From a virus (taxonomy: Duplodnaviria; Heunggongvirae; Uroviricota; Caudoviricetes): a stretch of DNA of 64,000 nt. A program made the translations under genes and the position numbers. This document shows positions 26,143-35,228 of the stretch, piece after piece (within the stretch, counting starts at the first letter, position 1; every line of letters begins with the position of its first letter). The stretch lies in IMG/VR virus record IMGVR_UViG_3300023203_000736. One strand, 5' to 3'. Below the pieces are notes generated by a model. That model saw only the letters and a list, made by a program, of their open reading frames with translations, was not told the DNA's origin and searched no databases.

Positions 26143-26178
26143 AATACAGTAGCCTAGATCGCCACGATTCCTCAATGA
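26143..26178 (-). promoter_or_regulatory. Promoter-like motif P1 (TTGAGG-N18-TACTGT), 22 nt upstream of the 26121 start.
   Basis: Minus strand: TCATTGAGGAATCGTGGCGATCTAGGCTACTGTATT. It forms an inverted-repeat partner with P2 and is repeated at 61363-61398. Confidence 0.4.
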
Positions 26179-26261
26179 AAAGCGGACGAGGCGATGAATT
26201 GATTAGATGGAGCCGTTACAACCAGACCATGAGCGCCGCCGATGGCTGAAAAGTTTGGAAG

Positions 26262-26297
26262 TCATTGAGGAATCCGAGGAATCTAGGCTACTGTATT
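26262..26297 (+). promoter_or_regulatory. Promoter-like motif P2, divergent from P1 and upstream of the primase gene.
   Basis: TCATTGAGGAATCCGAGGAATCTAGGCTACTGTATT. Confidence 0.4.
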
Positions 26298-26387
26298 CTC
26301 GGAGAAGTTAATCTCTCGCCATTCTGGCGACACTCTCCCCTCTGCGTGCGATTTCGCCCGCAGATTCCATGCGCTATAGGAGTCCCC

Positions 26388-29123
26388 ATGCCCAAACTCT
26401 CGGAAGCGATTTTTAACTTCCTTCAAGCTCGCAGAATGCCGAACAACGCCGATCTGATCGACCGTTGGGACATCGGCATGGAATGCCAGGTCAACGTTGC
26501 GGCCGACAGCGGCGAGCCGGTGGACGGGAGGCGGAACACCTACACGGACGGCCAGTATGAGTGGTTTAACATCAGGGTGCCGAAGAACGCCGCTGGCGAT
26601 CCAGAGTTCACGGACTACGAACTCCGCTGGCCCCTGGACCTGCATGTCGAAGGCATCGGCATGACCGGCTGGCGCTGGTCCACGCGCCGATCCATGTGGT
26701 GCGCCTTCGACTTCGACAGCATCACCGGCCATGCCAAGGGCATTGGCATCTCTGATGAGGAGCTTGAGCGCGTCAAACAGGCCGCCATGCTGCTGCCTTA
26801 TGTCGAGGTCCGCAGGAGCACGGGCGGGGCCGGCATCCACCTGTATGTCTACTTCGACGACGAAGGCATCCCGACTGAGAACCACACCGTCCATGCCGCC
26901 CTGGGACGCTGCGCCCTCGGCATGGCGTCATCCGAAACGGGCTTCGATTTCGCTTCGCAGATCGACGCCTGCGGCGGGAATATGTGGTTCCATCATCGCA
27001 AGATGACGGCCGAGAACGATGGTCTCAAAATCATCAAGCCGGCCGAGAAGAAGCTGAAGGTCGCCGATCTGCCGAGCAACTGGCGCGACCATATCGAGGT
27101 CGTGACCCGGCGTCGGGCCAAGGTGCGGGTTCATGCGGAGTTGAAGGACGAGAACCTCGATCCCTTCGAGGAACTCACGTCGGCCAGACGCATCGTTCCG
27201 CTCGACGACACCCACAAGGCGATCATCGACGAGCTTTCGCACTCCGGCTTTAGCACCATCTGGGTCTCGGACCACCATCTTCTCCAGACGCACACCTGCG
27301 GCTTGGCGAAGCTGATGGAGAACAAGGAGTTGAAGCTGCAAGGCATCTTCAAGACCATCTCCCAGGGCACCCACCCAGAGACGCCCAACTGCTTCATGTT
27401 CCCGCTCGACAAGGGCGGCTGGCGGGTCTACCGCTTCTCGCCCGGCGTCAATGAGGCCGAGACATGGAACCAGGACCGGGAGGGATGGACGAACTGCTAT
27501 TTCAACACGAAGCCGAATCTGCGGACAGCCGCCAGGGCGATGGGGGCGCAAGAAGACCCGGATCAAGGCGGCTTTGCGTTCGGCAAGGCGGCTGATGCGA
27601 TCAATGCTGCCAAAGCCCTCGGTCAGAAAATCGAGTTGCCTGCGGCTGACAAGGACCGGCTAGAGAGGCTCATGGGCCGCAAGGCCCGCCTCAAGACCCA
27701 CAAGGACGGCCGGCTGGTAATGCAGATCAGCAAGAAGACCGGCGAAAAGAAGCCCTTGCAGGGTTGGATCGACAAGGGCACGAAATGGGTTAAGGTCTTC
27801 GACGCGATCGCGGACACGAAGAAGGAAGACGTATCGCACGCCGAGTACGACAACCTGATCCGCCAAGTGGTCACTCCTTCGCGCGAGGATGCCGGTTGGT
27901 ATCTGCGAGCCAGTGACATGGGCTGGGAGCGTTACGGCACCGAAAAGGTCAAGATGCGCCTGATTGCGATGGGAAACACCAAGCCCCAGGTGGAACTCAT
28001 CCTCGGCAGCACGATCGGCAAGGCGTGGAAGCTGGTCAACGTGCCGTTCCAACCGGAGTATCCCGGCGACCGCCAGTGGAACATGGATGCGGCCCAGTAC
28101 GCCTACCCGCCAGCGATTCTGGAGCGGGACGAGATTCCGCATCATCCGAATTGGGACCGGGTACTCAAGCACTGCGGCCAAGACCTGGATGGGGCCGTGC
28201 GAGGAAACGATTGGTGCAAGCTGCACAATATCAAAACAGGCGCGGACTACCTGCTGCATTGGATCGCCTTCTTGCTGCGTGATCCGTTCCAACCATTGCC
28301 CTATTTGTTTCTCTACGGAAACCAGAACAACGGCAAGTCGATCCTGCACCAGGCAATCAAGCTGCTGATGACCAAGGGAGTGGCCTCGGCCGACCGGGCG
28401 CTGAACAGCAACAACGATTTCAACGGCGAGCTTGCCAACTGCGTGCTGGCCTACATCGAGGAAACGGACCTCAGCTCGAATGACGGCAAGGCGTACAACC
28501 GCATCAAGGATTGGACCACCAACGACGAACTCTGGATTCGACGGATGCGCACGGACGCCTACAAGCAGCGGAACACGCTCCACTTTGTCCAGACAGGCAA
28601 CAAGCTGCGAAACCTTTACCTGGAGTCGAATGACACGCGGATCGTCGTGATCTTCGTGCCGGACCTCGCGCCGGGCGAGGAGATTCCAAAGAACGAGTTG
28701 ATCGCCAAGCTCAAGGACGAAGCCCCGCATTTCATGCGGACAGTCATGGACCTGACCCTGCCGTCACCTCACAGCCGCATGGGATTGCCTCCGCTTCGGA
28801 CCCGCAACAAGGAGCGGGCAGAGGAGATCAACAGCAATCCGCTTGAAACCTTCATCGCTGAGCAGTGCTACCAGGTGCCAGGCGAGATGGTCGAGTTCGC
28901 GGAGTTCTACAAGCGGTTCCTGGCATGGCTGCCCGAGGAGAGACGCTATGCCTGGAAGAAGAGCATCGTGCTAGACGAAATCAAGCAGCGTTTTCCCTAC
29001 GGCGGCTACACGGGGAACAAACGCATGGTCGGCAACCTGTCGTTTGAGGCCAGGACGCCTGAGCCGGGTGTCAAGCCTTGGACCAGCGTAGACAACTGGC
29101 TCGTGAGGAAGGAGGAAGCATGA
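26388..29123 (+). CDS. Primase-polymerase (AEP prim-pol N-terminus) fused to an SF3/D5-type helicase.
   Basis: CAFDFDSITGH is the DxD motif. GGAGIHLYVYF is the catalytic His. Walker A is LYGNQNNGKS. Start is taken at MPKLSEAIF. Confidence 0.8.
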   Translation: MPKLSEAIFNFLQARRMPNNADLIDRWDIGMECQVNVAADSGEPVDGRRNTYTDGQYEWFNIRVPKNAAGDPEFTDYELRWPLDLHVEGIGMTGWRWSTRRSMWCAFDFDSITGHAKGIGISDEELERVKQAAMLLPYVEVRRSTGGAGIHLYVYFDDEGIPTENHTVHAALGRCALGMASSETGFDFASQIDACGGNMWFHHRKMTAENDGLKIIKPAEKKLKVADLPSNWRDHIEVVTRRRAKVRVHAELKDENLDPFEELTSARRIVPLDDTHKAIIDELSHSGFSTIWVSDHHLLQTHTCGLAKLMENKELKLQGIFKTISQGTHPETPNCFMFPLDKGGWRVYRFSPGVNEAETWNQDREGWTNCYFNTKPNLRTAARAMGAQEDPDQGGFAFGKAADAINAAKALGQKIELPAADKDRLERLMGRKARLKTHKDGRLVMQISKKTGEKKPLQGWIDKGTKWVKVFDAIADTKKEDVSHAEYDNLIRQVVTPSREDAGWYLRASDMGWERYGTEKVKMRLIAMGNTKPQVELILGSTIGKAWKLVNVPFQPEYPGDRQWNMDAAQYAYPPAILERDEIPHHPNWDRVLKHCGQDLDGAVRGNDWCKLHNIKTGADYLLHWIAFLLRDPFQPLPYLFLYGNQNNGKSILHQAIKLLMTKGVASADRALNSNNDFNGELANCVLAYIEETDLSSNDGKAYNRIKDWTTNDELWIRRMRTDAYKQRNTLHFVQTGNKLRNLYLESNDTRIVVIFVPDLAPGEEIPKNELIAKLKDEAPHFMRTVMDLTLPSPHSRMGLPPLRTRNKERAEEINSNPLETFIAEQCYQVPGEMVEFAEFYKRFLAWLPEERRYAWKKSIVLDEIKQRFPYGGYTGNKRMVGNLSFEARTPEPGVKPWTSVDNWLVRKEEA

Positions 29124-29794
29124 AGATCATTGCAATCGGCCATTACCGCCGTGTCGGAAAAGACACGTTCGCCAACTACCTGATCGAGAAAGTCCGGCAC
29201 CTGGACCCCCGCTTGCGGATCGGCAAGCGATCGTGGGCCTGGAAGCTCAAGAAAATCTGCCATGAGCTTTACGGCTGGGCGGGTCTCAAGGGGCCGGAAT
29301 ACTACGAGACGGAGCCGGGAGCCAGCGAGCGGGAAGTCATTCTGCCGGCGATCGGGAAAAGCCCGCGCCAAATCTGGATCGACTTCGGCACGCCGGCCGT
29401 CCGGGAGCGGGTCTACGATCGCACCTGGCTCGACTATCTGCTCAAGGGCGAACACGACATAGACGTGATGCTCATTCCAGACACGCGGTTCCTCAACGAA
29501 GCTGAGGCAGTCCTGGAACTTGGCGGCGAACTTATCAAGGTTGTTCGGCCCGGCTTCGGGCCTGGTCCGAACAAGCCCGACCGGGAGCTTCTGGGCTTCA
29601 AGCGGTGGAGCAACGTGATCGGCGAGACAGGCGAGCTTCGTCAACTGGAGCTTTGGGCGGCCCGGTACGCGGCTTGGCTCTGCGGGGCAGAGAAACCGGA
29701 GCGGACAGTCGAGGAGATGCAGGAGGCGCTCAAGGCTGTTGAGCCGTGGGAGGCTGAGGAGAAGGCCAAAGACAAGGAGGAGATGCTGGTATGA
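29120..29794 (+). CDS. P-loop NTPase, putative nucleotide or deoxynucleotide kinase.
   Basis: MKIIAIGHYRRVGKDT is a GxxxxGK[ST]-like P-loop. ATGA overlap with the primase stop. Confidence 0.5.
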   Translation: MKIIAIGHYRRVGKDTFANYLIEKVRHLDPRLRIGKRSWAWKLKKICHELYGWAGLKGPEYYETEPGASEREVILPAIGKSPRQIWIDFGTPAVRERVYDRTWLDYLLKGEHDIDVMLIPDTRFLNEAEAVLELGGELIKVVRPGFGPGPNKPDRELLGFKRWSNVIGETGELRQLELWAARYAAWLCGAEKPERTVEEMQEALKAVEPWEAEEKAKDKEEMLV

Positions 29795-30411
29795 CCAAGA
29801 CCTACTCTGGCCTCGTCCACCTGAACGGCAATCTCCTGGCTTCGATCGACCTGGAAACCACCGGCCTCCAGGCCGGCTACCATGAGCCGATCCAGATCGC
29901 CGTGGTGCCGCTCGATAGCGACATACGGCCGCTGGAAGGGGTGCGGCCGTTCTACACGACGATCCGGCCCGAACACCCGGAGCGCCAGGAAAAGCGGGTG
30001 GGGTTCGTTCACGGTCTCAAACTGGAGGACTTGGTTCTCCATGCTCCAGAGGCCGGTAGAGTGCAAGACCTGCTCGTGGAATGGGGGGAGAAACTCGATC
30101 TGCCGGTGGGCAAGCAGCTTGTGCCGCTAGCCCATAACTGGGCCTTCGAGTCGCGGTTCCTGCAATCGTGGCTGGGCGTCGATCTCGCCAATACTCTTTT
30201 CTCCGGTCATGCCCGCGATGCCATGTTGTTTGCCCTGGCTTTGAACGACAAGGCGGCATTTTTGGGACTGCCAGCCCCGTTTGCTCGGGTCGGTCTAGGG
30301 TCGATATGCAGGCGGTTCGGCATCACGAATCCGAATCCGCATGACGCGCTTTGCGATGCACTCGCCGAGGCAGAATGCTACCGGGCAATGCTGACGATGG
30401 AACTGTTGTAG
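29791..30411 (+). CDS. DnaQ-like 3'-5' exonuclease (DEDDh).
   Basis: LASIDLETTGL is Exo I. HDALCDALAEAECY is Exo III with the catalytic His. ATGA overlap with the kinase stop. Confidence 0.7.
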   Translation: MTKTYSGLVHLNGNLLASIDLETTGLQAGYHEPIQIAVVPLDSDIRPLEGVRPFYTTIRPEHPERQEKRVGFVHGLKLEDLVLHAPEAGRVQDLLVEWGEKLDLPVGKQLVPLAHNWAFESRFLQSWLGVDLANTLFSGHARDAMLFALALNDKAAFLGLPAPFARVGLGSICRRFGITNPNPHDALCDALAEAECYRAMLTMELL

Positions 30412-30424
30412 ACTGTTAGGGCAC

Positions 30425-30464
30425 AAGAAAGGGCGCTCAGGTTTCGACCTGAGCGCCCTTTCTT
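30425..30464. terminator. Bidirectional rho-independent terminator between convergent genes.
   Basis: Perfect 18-bp stem AAGAAAGGGCGCTCAGGT / ACCTGAGCGCCCTTTCTT with a TTCG loop. It is flanked by A and T runs. Confidence 0.55.
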
Positions 30465-30472
30465 CATGCGCA

Positions 30473-30655
30473 CTACTTGCCTTTGCGGTGAAAGCCCTTC
30501 AAGGTTTTCGCTAAAGCGATCTGACGCTTCGTTGTCGTCGAGACGTTCTTCGGCGGATGGGCCATGTAATCGGCCAGGCTCATGTGAGCCGTCTTGGCCT
30601 TCCTGGTCAGCGCGCCGGGATGCTTGATCGCACCCTGAATCCATTTCTTTGCCAT
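30473..30655 (-). CDS. Small basic protein.
   Basis: MAKKWIQGAIKHPGALTRKAKTAHMSLADYMAHPPKN... Confidence 0.35.
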   Translation of the reverse strand: MAKKWIQGAIKHPGALTRKAKTAHMSLADYMAHPPKNVSTTTKRQIALAKTLKGFHRKGK

Positions 30656-30674
30656 GTGACTTGGCTCCTATTTG

Positions 30675-31673
30675 TTATCTCACCTTCAAGGTGAAGTACC
30701 TGCTGGCCCCGTAAGTCAGTCCTGGACCAGTTACAGTCAAATCGAATTGGACATCCTCGGGCCAGTTGAAAGCCCGCTTTGTTCGCACATCGTTCCCGAC
30801 CTGTTCCAAGTCCCAGTTGGGATACAGACTGGCGGTAAACAGGGGGTTGCTACAGGTGATTTGCCCTACCACAGTACCAGCGGGACTGCCTACTGGGAGC
30901 GTGAAGGTCGTTAGGCCAACCTGCGTGCAGTATCCGCGCACTTCATAACCACCTGGCCAAGGAATCAGAGGCCCGTGATCGTGCGTCTGAGCCTGCAATA
31001 TCAGTTGGCCATTACCGATCTCGGGATCACCATAGAGCGATATTGTGCCGTTGGGTTGAACTTGACCACTAGCAAGCCCAATATCGGGCAGATCACCATC
31101 ACACACGTAAATCGGAGTCGAATCGTAGCATGGAATGGAAGTACGTGTACGATAGGCTACAAACGATCTGACGTTCGTAGGATATGACACCCACATTGGA
31201 GCGGCGTAGTAGTCCGGGAAAACCTGGAAGCCAGTCAAGGCTGAATATGCACCAAATATCGACCCCTTACGAATGTACTTGATGCAAGACCAGCCGCCTT
31301 CCACACACATCACCATCCATGTTTCTGTCTCTGGATATGTGACTTCGCTGGGGCCAGAAAATGGAAGAACGACATCCCCTTCGCAAGGAACTGTACATCC
31401 ACACCAGCCGTTGTCGATTGCTTCGTCAAGCTCCTCGATGAGTGGCCAAAGCCATCGGCCCGTTGCATCAGCACTGAAACTGTTCTCTGGGCAGATCACC
31501 ATCAACTTGCCCCGAGCAGCGGTGATGTCGGCGGTTGTCCAAATGTGCGGTGCCTCAGCAAGCGGCAATGTGCCCGGCGACGTGCAACCACTCGGCGGAT
31601 TGGCGGCTAGACTGTTGATGTCCGTCAATATCCCGTTCCACCGATCCAGGGTTAGGGGAAAGAGAGCACCCAT
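30675..31673 (-). CDS. Hypothetical Cys-rich structural protein.
   Basis: 332-aa ORF at the distal end of the tail module. Confidence 0.45.
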   Translation of the reverse strand: MGALFPLTLDRWNGILTDINSLAANPPSGCTSPGTLPLAEAPHIWTTADITAARGKLMVICPENSFSADATGRWLWPLIEELDEAIDNGWCGCTVPCEGDVVLPFSGPSEVTYPETETWMVMCVEGGWSCIKYIRKGSIFGAYSALTGFQVFPDYYAAPMWVSYPTNVRSFVAYRTRTSIPCYDSTPIYVCDGDLPDIGLASGQVQPNGTISLYGDPEIGNGQLILQAQTHDHGPLIPWPGGYEVRGYCTQVGLTTFTLPVGSPAGTVVGQITCSNPLFTASLYPNWDLEQVGNDVRTKRAFNWPEDVQFDLTVTGPGLTYGASRYFTLKVR

Positions 31674-31682
31674 AGCCGAGCC

Positions 31683-32258
31683 TTATTGGTACAATTGGTG
31701 TGTTGCCAATCCCTGACGATCCGCCTGAGACGTGAGTAGCTTGAAGACCCTGCAATCGGCGAAGTCCACCAGCTTACAGCGAGACACATGAACGCCGAAT
31801 TGCCGCAATTCCTTGCGGACCTCTCTGCTCAGCGTCCTGGTCAGCGATTCATCCGCAAGGCCCTGCATGATCTCGTCATACGTGTGCGTGACGATCACGC
31901 GGGCAACGGCGGATTGCGTCAAGTCGTTGATCGTCGTGTCAACGTCCCAGTTGACCCTGCCGATCGCCCGTACTACGTCGGGAATGCGGTACACCACGAG
32001 CGTCTTGAGGACAACCTTCTTTCCATCCTTCGTGACCATCACCTGGTCGGGAATAGCGAGCGTTTGCCTTGCTGTGACAAGCACTTCCACTTCCGTCGTG
32101 AGCGGCCAGTACACATGCAGGCCGGGTCCAAGAGACACAATCTTCTTTCCACCCACCCACTTAACGGCCCCATGCGTGGCGCGCACGATGAGGATGCGTG
32201 GAAAGAATTGAAAGATGGCTTGGAACAATTGGTTGAGCCAGGCGAACGCGCTTTCCAT
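31683..32258 (-). CDS. Hypothetical protein.
   Basis: 191-aa ORF in the structural operon. Confidence 0.45.
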   Translation of the reverse strand: MESAFAWLNQLFQAIFQFFPRILIVRATHGAVKWVGGKKIVSLGPGLHVYWPLTTEVEVLVTARQTLAIPDQVMVTKDGKKVVLKTLVVYRIPDVVRAIGRVNWDVDTTINDLTQSAVARVIVTHTYDEIMQGLADESLTRTLSREVRKELRQFGVHVSRCKLVDFADCRVFKLLTSQADRQGLATHQLYQ

Positions 32259-32263
32259 AGACC

Positions 32264-34825
32264 CTACTCCGATTGAAGGAATGCGGTTCCTGCTCCGAAC
32301 TTCTCGCCGAAGTAGTCATACTCGAAGTCAAAGGCGGCATCGTGCTCGCCGTCGCTGACAACAGCCTCAGAGGACATCTGGAGCTTTTTGTCCTTGATCT
32401 GCTTGAAGAAACTGTCAAGTCGCGCCGATTCCTTCGTCGTGGAATCCACGATGATCGTCTTGCGGATGTCGATGATCGCTTCGGTCGGAGTGGGCTTGTA
32501 CTCGTTCTTCTGGTACTCAGGCGTCTGGCGATTGGGACTGGTCGTATCGAAGTTGTTCCTGTCCGGCAAGGGTGGCGGCGGAAGGACTTGATCGCCCTGA
32601 TCCGAGGGATGCTTATCGCCCTTGCTCTGATGGGTGCGGTAGCCCGAGATCGTGACGACCGTACCGCTGGTCAGGTCGCCATCGGCGTCATTGAAGGGAT
32701 TGTCGCTGCCGGCGTTCCCGGCCGCCTCCTCCTCAACGGTCGGAAAAACCAGCGTTTGCGATACATCCGCCGGCCAGGCGAAATCGTAGGGCGTCATCGT
32801 GCCCGCCTTTATCGGTGTCCACACCTCGAAGCTGATCTCGTTGCTCGCCGAATCGAAGTTCCCCTGTTCGACAATCCCGGTCACGGGACCAGTCGAAACA
32901 TAAGGCTTCGAGAAGTCGAGCGTCACCGGATCGAGGGCCTCAAGCTGGAGCTTGTGGATGAAGGTGCGGAACCGCAACTTCTTCCAGGTATTGGCCTCGC
33001 GGATCAACCAGAAGGTGGCGCTCTTGATGACGTAATCCTGCTGGTTGTAGATGTAGTATTCCTCGGTCTTCTCGTGAGTGCCGTACTTCCTGACGTTGTG
33101 CTGGAGGATGACCTTATTGGGTTCATCGACCGCGTAGTGAGGTTGCCACTCGGCAGTGAGCTTCGTTACCAAGTCCTCCGTGTCCGTGTGGAAGACCTCC
33201 ATCGACTTGGGCACGATGTCGCTTTGCGAGACCGTAATGGTCGCTGTCGGTTGCTCGGGAAGATAGCGGAGATAAAACGTGTTGCCGTTGAGCCAGATGG
33301 CGCAGCGGGCCTGCCGTGCGATCTCCTCCAACACCTGGACGATGTTCTTCTGCTCCAAGAGTGCGAAGTTCGACGGATACTGCGCGAGTCGCGTGCGGAC
33401 GTGGTTGAAGCTGGTAGCATCCGTGGTAAGCTCTGGCGTATACGTCTGGATCAAATACTCCAGGATGTTGACCGTATTCGGCCCGACGTTGGATTGGAAC
33501 GTGACGTAAAGCTGGTCCTCCCACCCTTCGTCCGTGTAGCTGGACAGCGGCTTGTTGAGCCGCACCATAACAGCCGAGACGCTGCCGAAGCTCTGTGTGC
33601 GCACAGAGTAGTATGAGGGCGGCACAGTCACCAACCGCATCACGCCCTCGAAGGCCCGCTTCGCGGACACGTTGAGCACCGTGCCCGGAACGATCGAAAC
33701 GATGTGGTCGATCGGCTCATCGCCGGCCAGCTTCACACGGCTGCCGCACTCGGCCCAGAACCAGCTTGCGCTGGAACCAGTCACCTTCTCGGTGTAGCCG
33801 ATCAACTCTCGCGGCCCGGTAGCCGGAATGCGGGTCGCTATAGTCACGTCGATGTGCGGGTTGTCGTTCTTCGTGGCGAACTCCGGGTGCTGGCGGGCAG
33901 TGATATGGAACGTCTGACCAGAGAAGTATCCGGTGAAGATGCCGCCATTGATGTCCACCTGAATCGACGTGTTCTGGGGAAAATGTTCGCCGCCGACTAC
34001 GGTGACGGTGGGCTTTTCCTCCGCCAGTTGCGCGTTCAACTCTGCCTGGAGTTCCGACGCCTGATAGGCAAGCTCGGACATCCGCTGCCAGGCTTCGGAT
34101 TCGCGGTGTGCGTAGTCGCTGGCCGCAGCATCGTCTCCATGTTCCTGGGCATTGGCTCGCTGCTCGTAGAAGATCAGGGCGATGATGTTGGTATAGTTCC
34201 GCTGCGTGGCCAGAACATCCAACTGCATCGGCAGCGTGAAGTCATGGATGCCCACGCCATGCGTGATCGTCCCGATGATTGGTTCGGTGATTGCCAGGGC
34301 CGGCACGTGAAGCGCCGTGCCGAAGATCATCGGCCAGGGCTGACCGACCAGGTTCTCCGGGATTTCGGCGAACGCGCCTTCCTCGGCCGAGAAGCCGACC
34401 TGGCGATCCTCCAGCTTGGAAATGATGGAGAAGGATACCGTCCGATCGCCCTCGTTCCAGGTGATCGGGCTGGAGACCTGGCCCTGGAAGACCAGGAACT
34501 TCTCGCCTACGGCCAGCCCCTCGAACCATTGATACAAGCGACAGGGCCGCTTGTGGATGTCGTGGGAGTCCAAGATCGCCTTGATCGAGCTGTCCGTGTC
34601 GTCCAGGGTGACTTCGATTTGCTGGCGCTGGCCGTTGCCCGAGACGTTGATTACGGCATCGAGTTCTCCGATGCTGAGAATCTTGCCCTTGATCCCGCCA
34701 GCAATTTCCCGATCGGCGTACTGTTGCGTGTTGCCAGCCACCCAATCCACTTCCAGGATGTTGATCGGCTCGGTGCCGAAGTGGGTGGCGAGCTTCGTTA
34801 GCGATTGGGCGGAAATGGTCCTCAC
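32264..34825 (-). CDS. Large tail or baseplate protein (853 aa).
   Basis: Assigned by position between the fibre genes and the distal tail genes. No catalytic motif was recognised. Confidence 0.5.
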   Translation of the reverse strand: MRTISAQSLTKLATHFGTEPINILEVDWVAGNTQQYADREIAGGIKGKILSIGELDAVINVSGNGQRQQIEVTLDDTDSSIKAILDSHDIHKRPCRLYQWFEGLAVGEKFLVFQGQVSSPITWNEGDRTVSFSIISKLEDRQVGFSAEEGAFAEIPENLVGQPWPMIFGTALHVPALAITEPIIGTITHGVGIHDFTLPMQLDVLATQRNYTNIIALIFYEQRANAQEHGDDAAASDYAHRESEAWQRMSELAYQASELQAELNAQLAEEKPTVTVVGGEHFPQNTSIQVDINGGIFTGYFSGQTFHITARQHPEFATKNDNPHIDVTIATRIPATGPRELIGYTEKVTGSSASWFWAECGSRVKLAGDEPIDHIVSIVPGTVLNVSAKRAFEGVMRLVTVPPSYYSVRTQSFGSVSAVMVRLNKPLSSYTDEGWEDQLYVTFQSNVGPNTVNILEYLIQTYTPELTTDATSFNHVRTRLAQYPSNFALLEQKNIVQVLEEIARQARCAIWLNGNTFYLRYLPEQPTATITVSQSDIVPKSMEVFHTDTEDLVTKLTAEWQPHYAVDEPNKVILQHNVRKYGTHEKTEEYYIYNQQDYVIKSATFWLIREANTWKKLRFRTFIHKLQLEALDPVTLDFSKPYVSTGPVTGIVEQGNFDSASNEISFEVWTPIKAGTMTPYDFAWPADVSQTLVFPTVEEEAAGNAGSDNPFNDADGDLTSGTVVTISGYRTHQSKGDKHPSDQGDQVLPPPPLPDRNNFDTTSPNRQTPEYQKNEYKPTPTEAIIDIRKTIIVDSTTKESARLDSFFKQIKDKKLQMSSEAVVSDGEHDAAFDFEYDYFGEKFGAGTAFLQSE

Positions 34826-35220
34826 TGCTCGACTCCCTCAAACTCGATGGTGATTTCCTGAGTCTCTCCGCGAGGCATCGGCGCGATCGCGGGCGCTGCA
34901 CGCGATGGCGTGTCGAACTCGAAGGGATTGTTGACGAAATGGCCTACCCAGACCCGCTCGTTGTGGTCCGTCACTTTGATTGCCGTGGCATAATAGGCTT
35001 GGATGAAGGCCCTGAGTTCCAGGGCCTTGTTCCGCGTGAGTAGGAAGGTCCATTGCAGCCCTCGGCGTCCGTGTTTCGTCTTGACGTAGGTGTAAAGCGT
35101 GCCGTCCATTGCGCGCTTCACCATGACCTCATCCGTGAGGTTTTCGCTGTCGCCGAATTGCGGGCTGGGCAGAAGGGTTGTCGCTTCCAGTGCGGGATGG
35201 GGTGCCTGCAAGATGAACAT
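34822..35220 (-). CDS. Hypothetical tail-associated protein.
   Basis: 132-aa ORF that overlaps its neighbours by 4 nt. Confidence 0.45.
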   Translation of the reverse strand: MFILQAPHPALEATTLLPSPQFGDSENLTDEVMVKRAMDGTLYTYVKTKHGRRGLQWTFLLTRNKALELRAFIQAYYATAIKVTDHNERVWVGHFVNNPFEFDTPSRAAPAIAPMPRGETQEITIEFEGVEQ

Positions 35221-35228
35221 GGAGACTC

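Noticed and set aside
25243-26388. N-terminal extensions MRNRGDLGYCICG (ORF to 26175) and MRNPRNLGYCILG (ORF from 26265).
   Set aside because: The near-identical peptides are artefacts of translating the two arms of the P1/P2 inverted repeat. The real starts are at 26121 and 26388, each with a ribosome-binding site.
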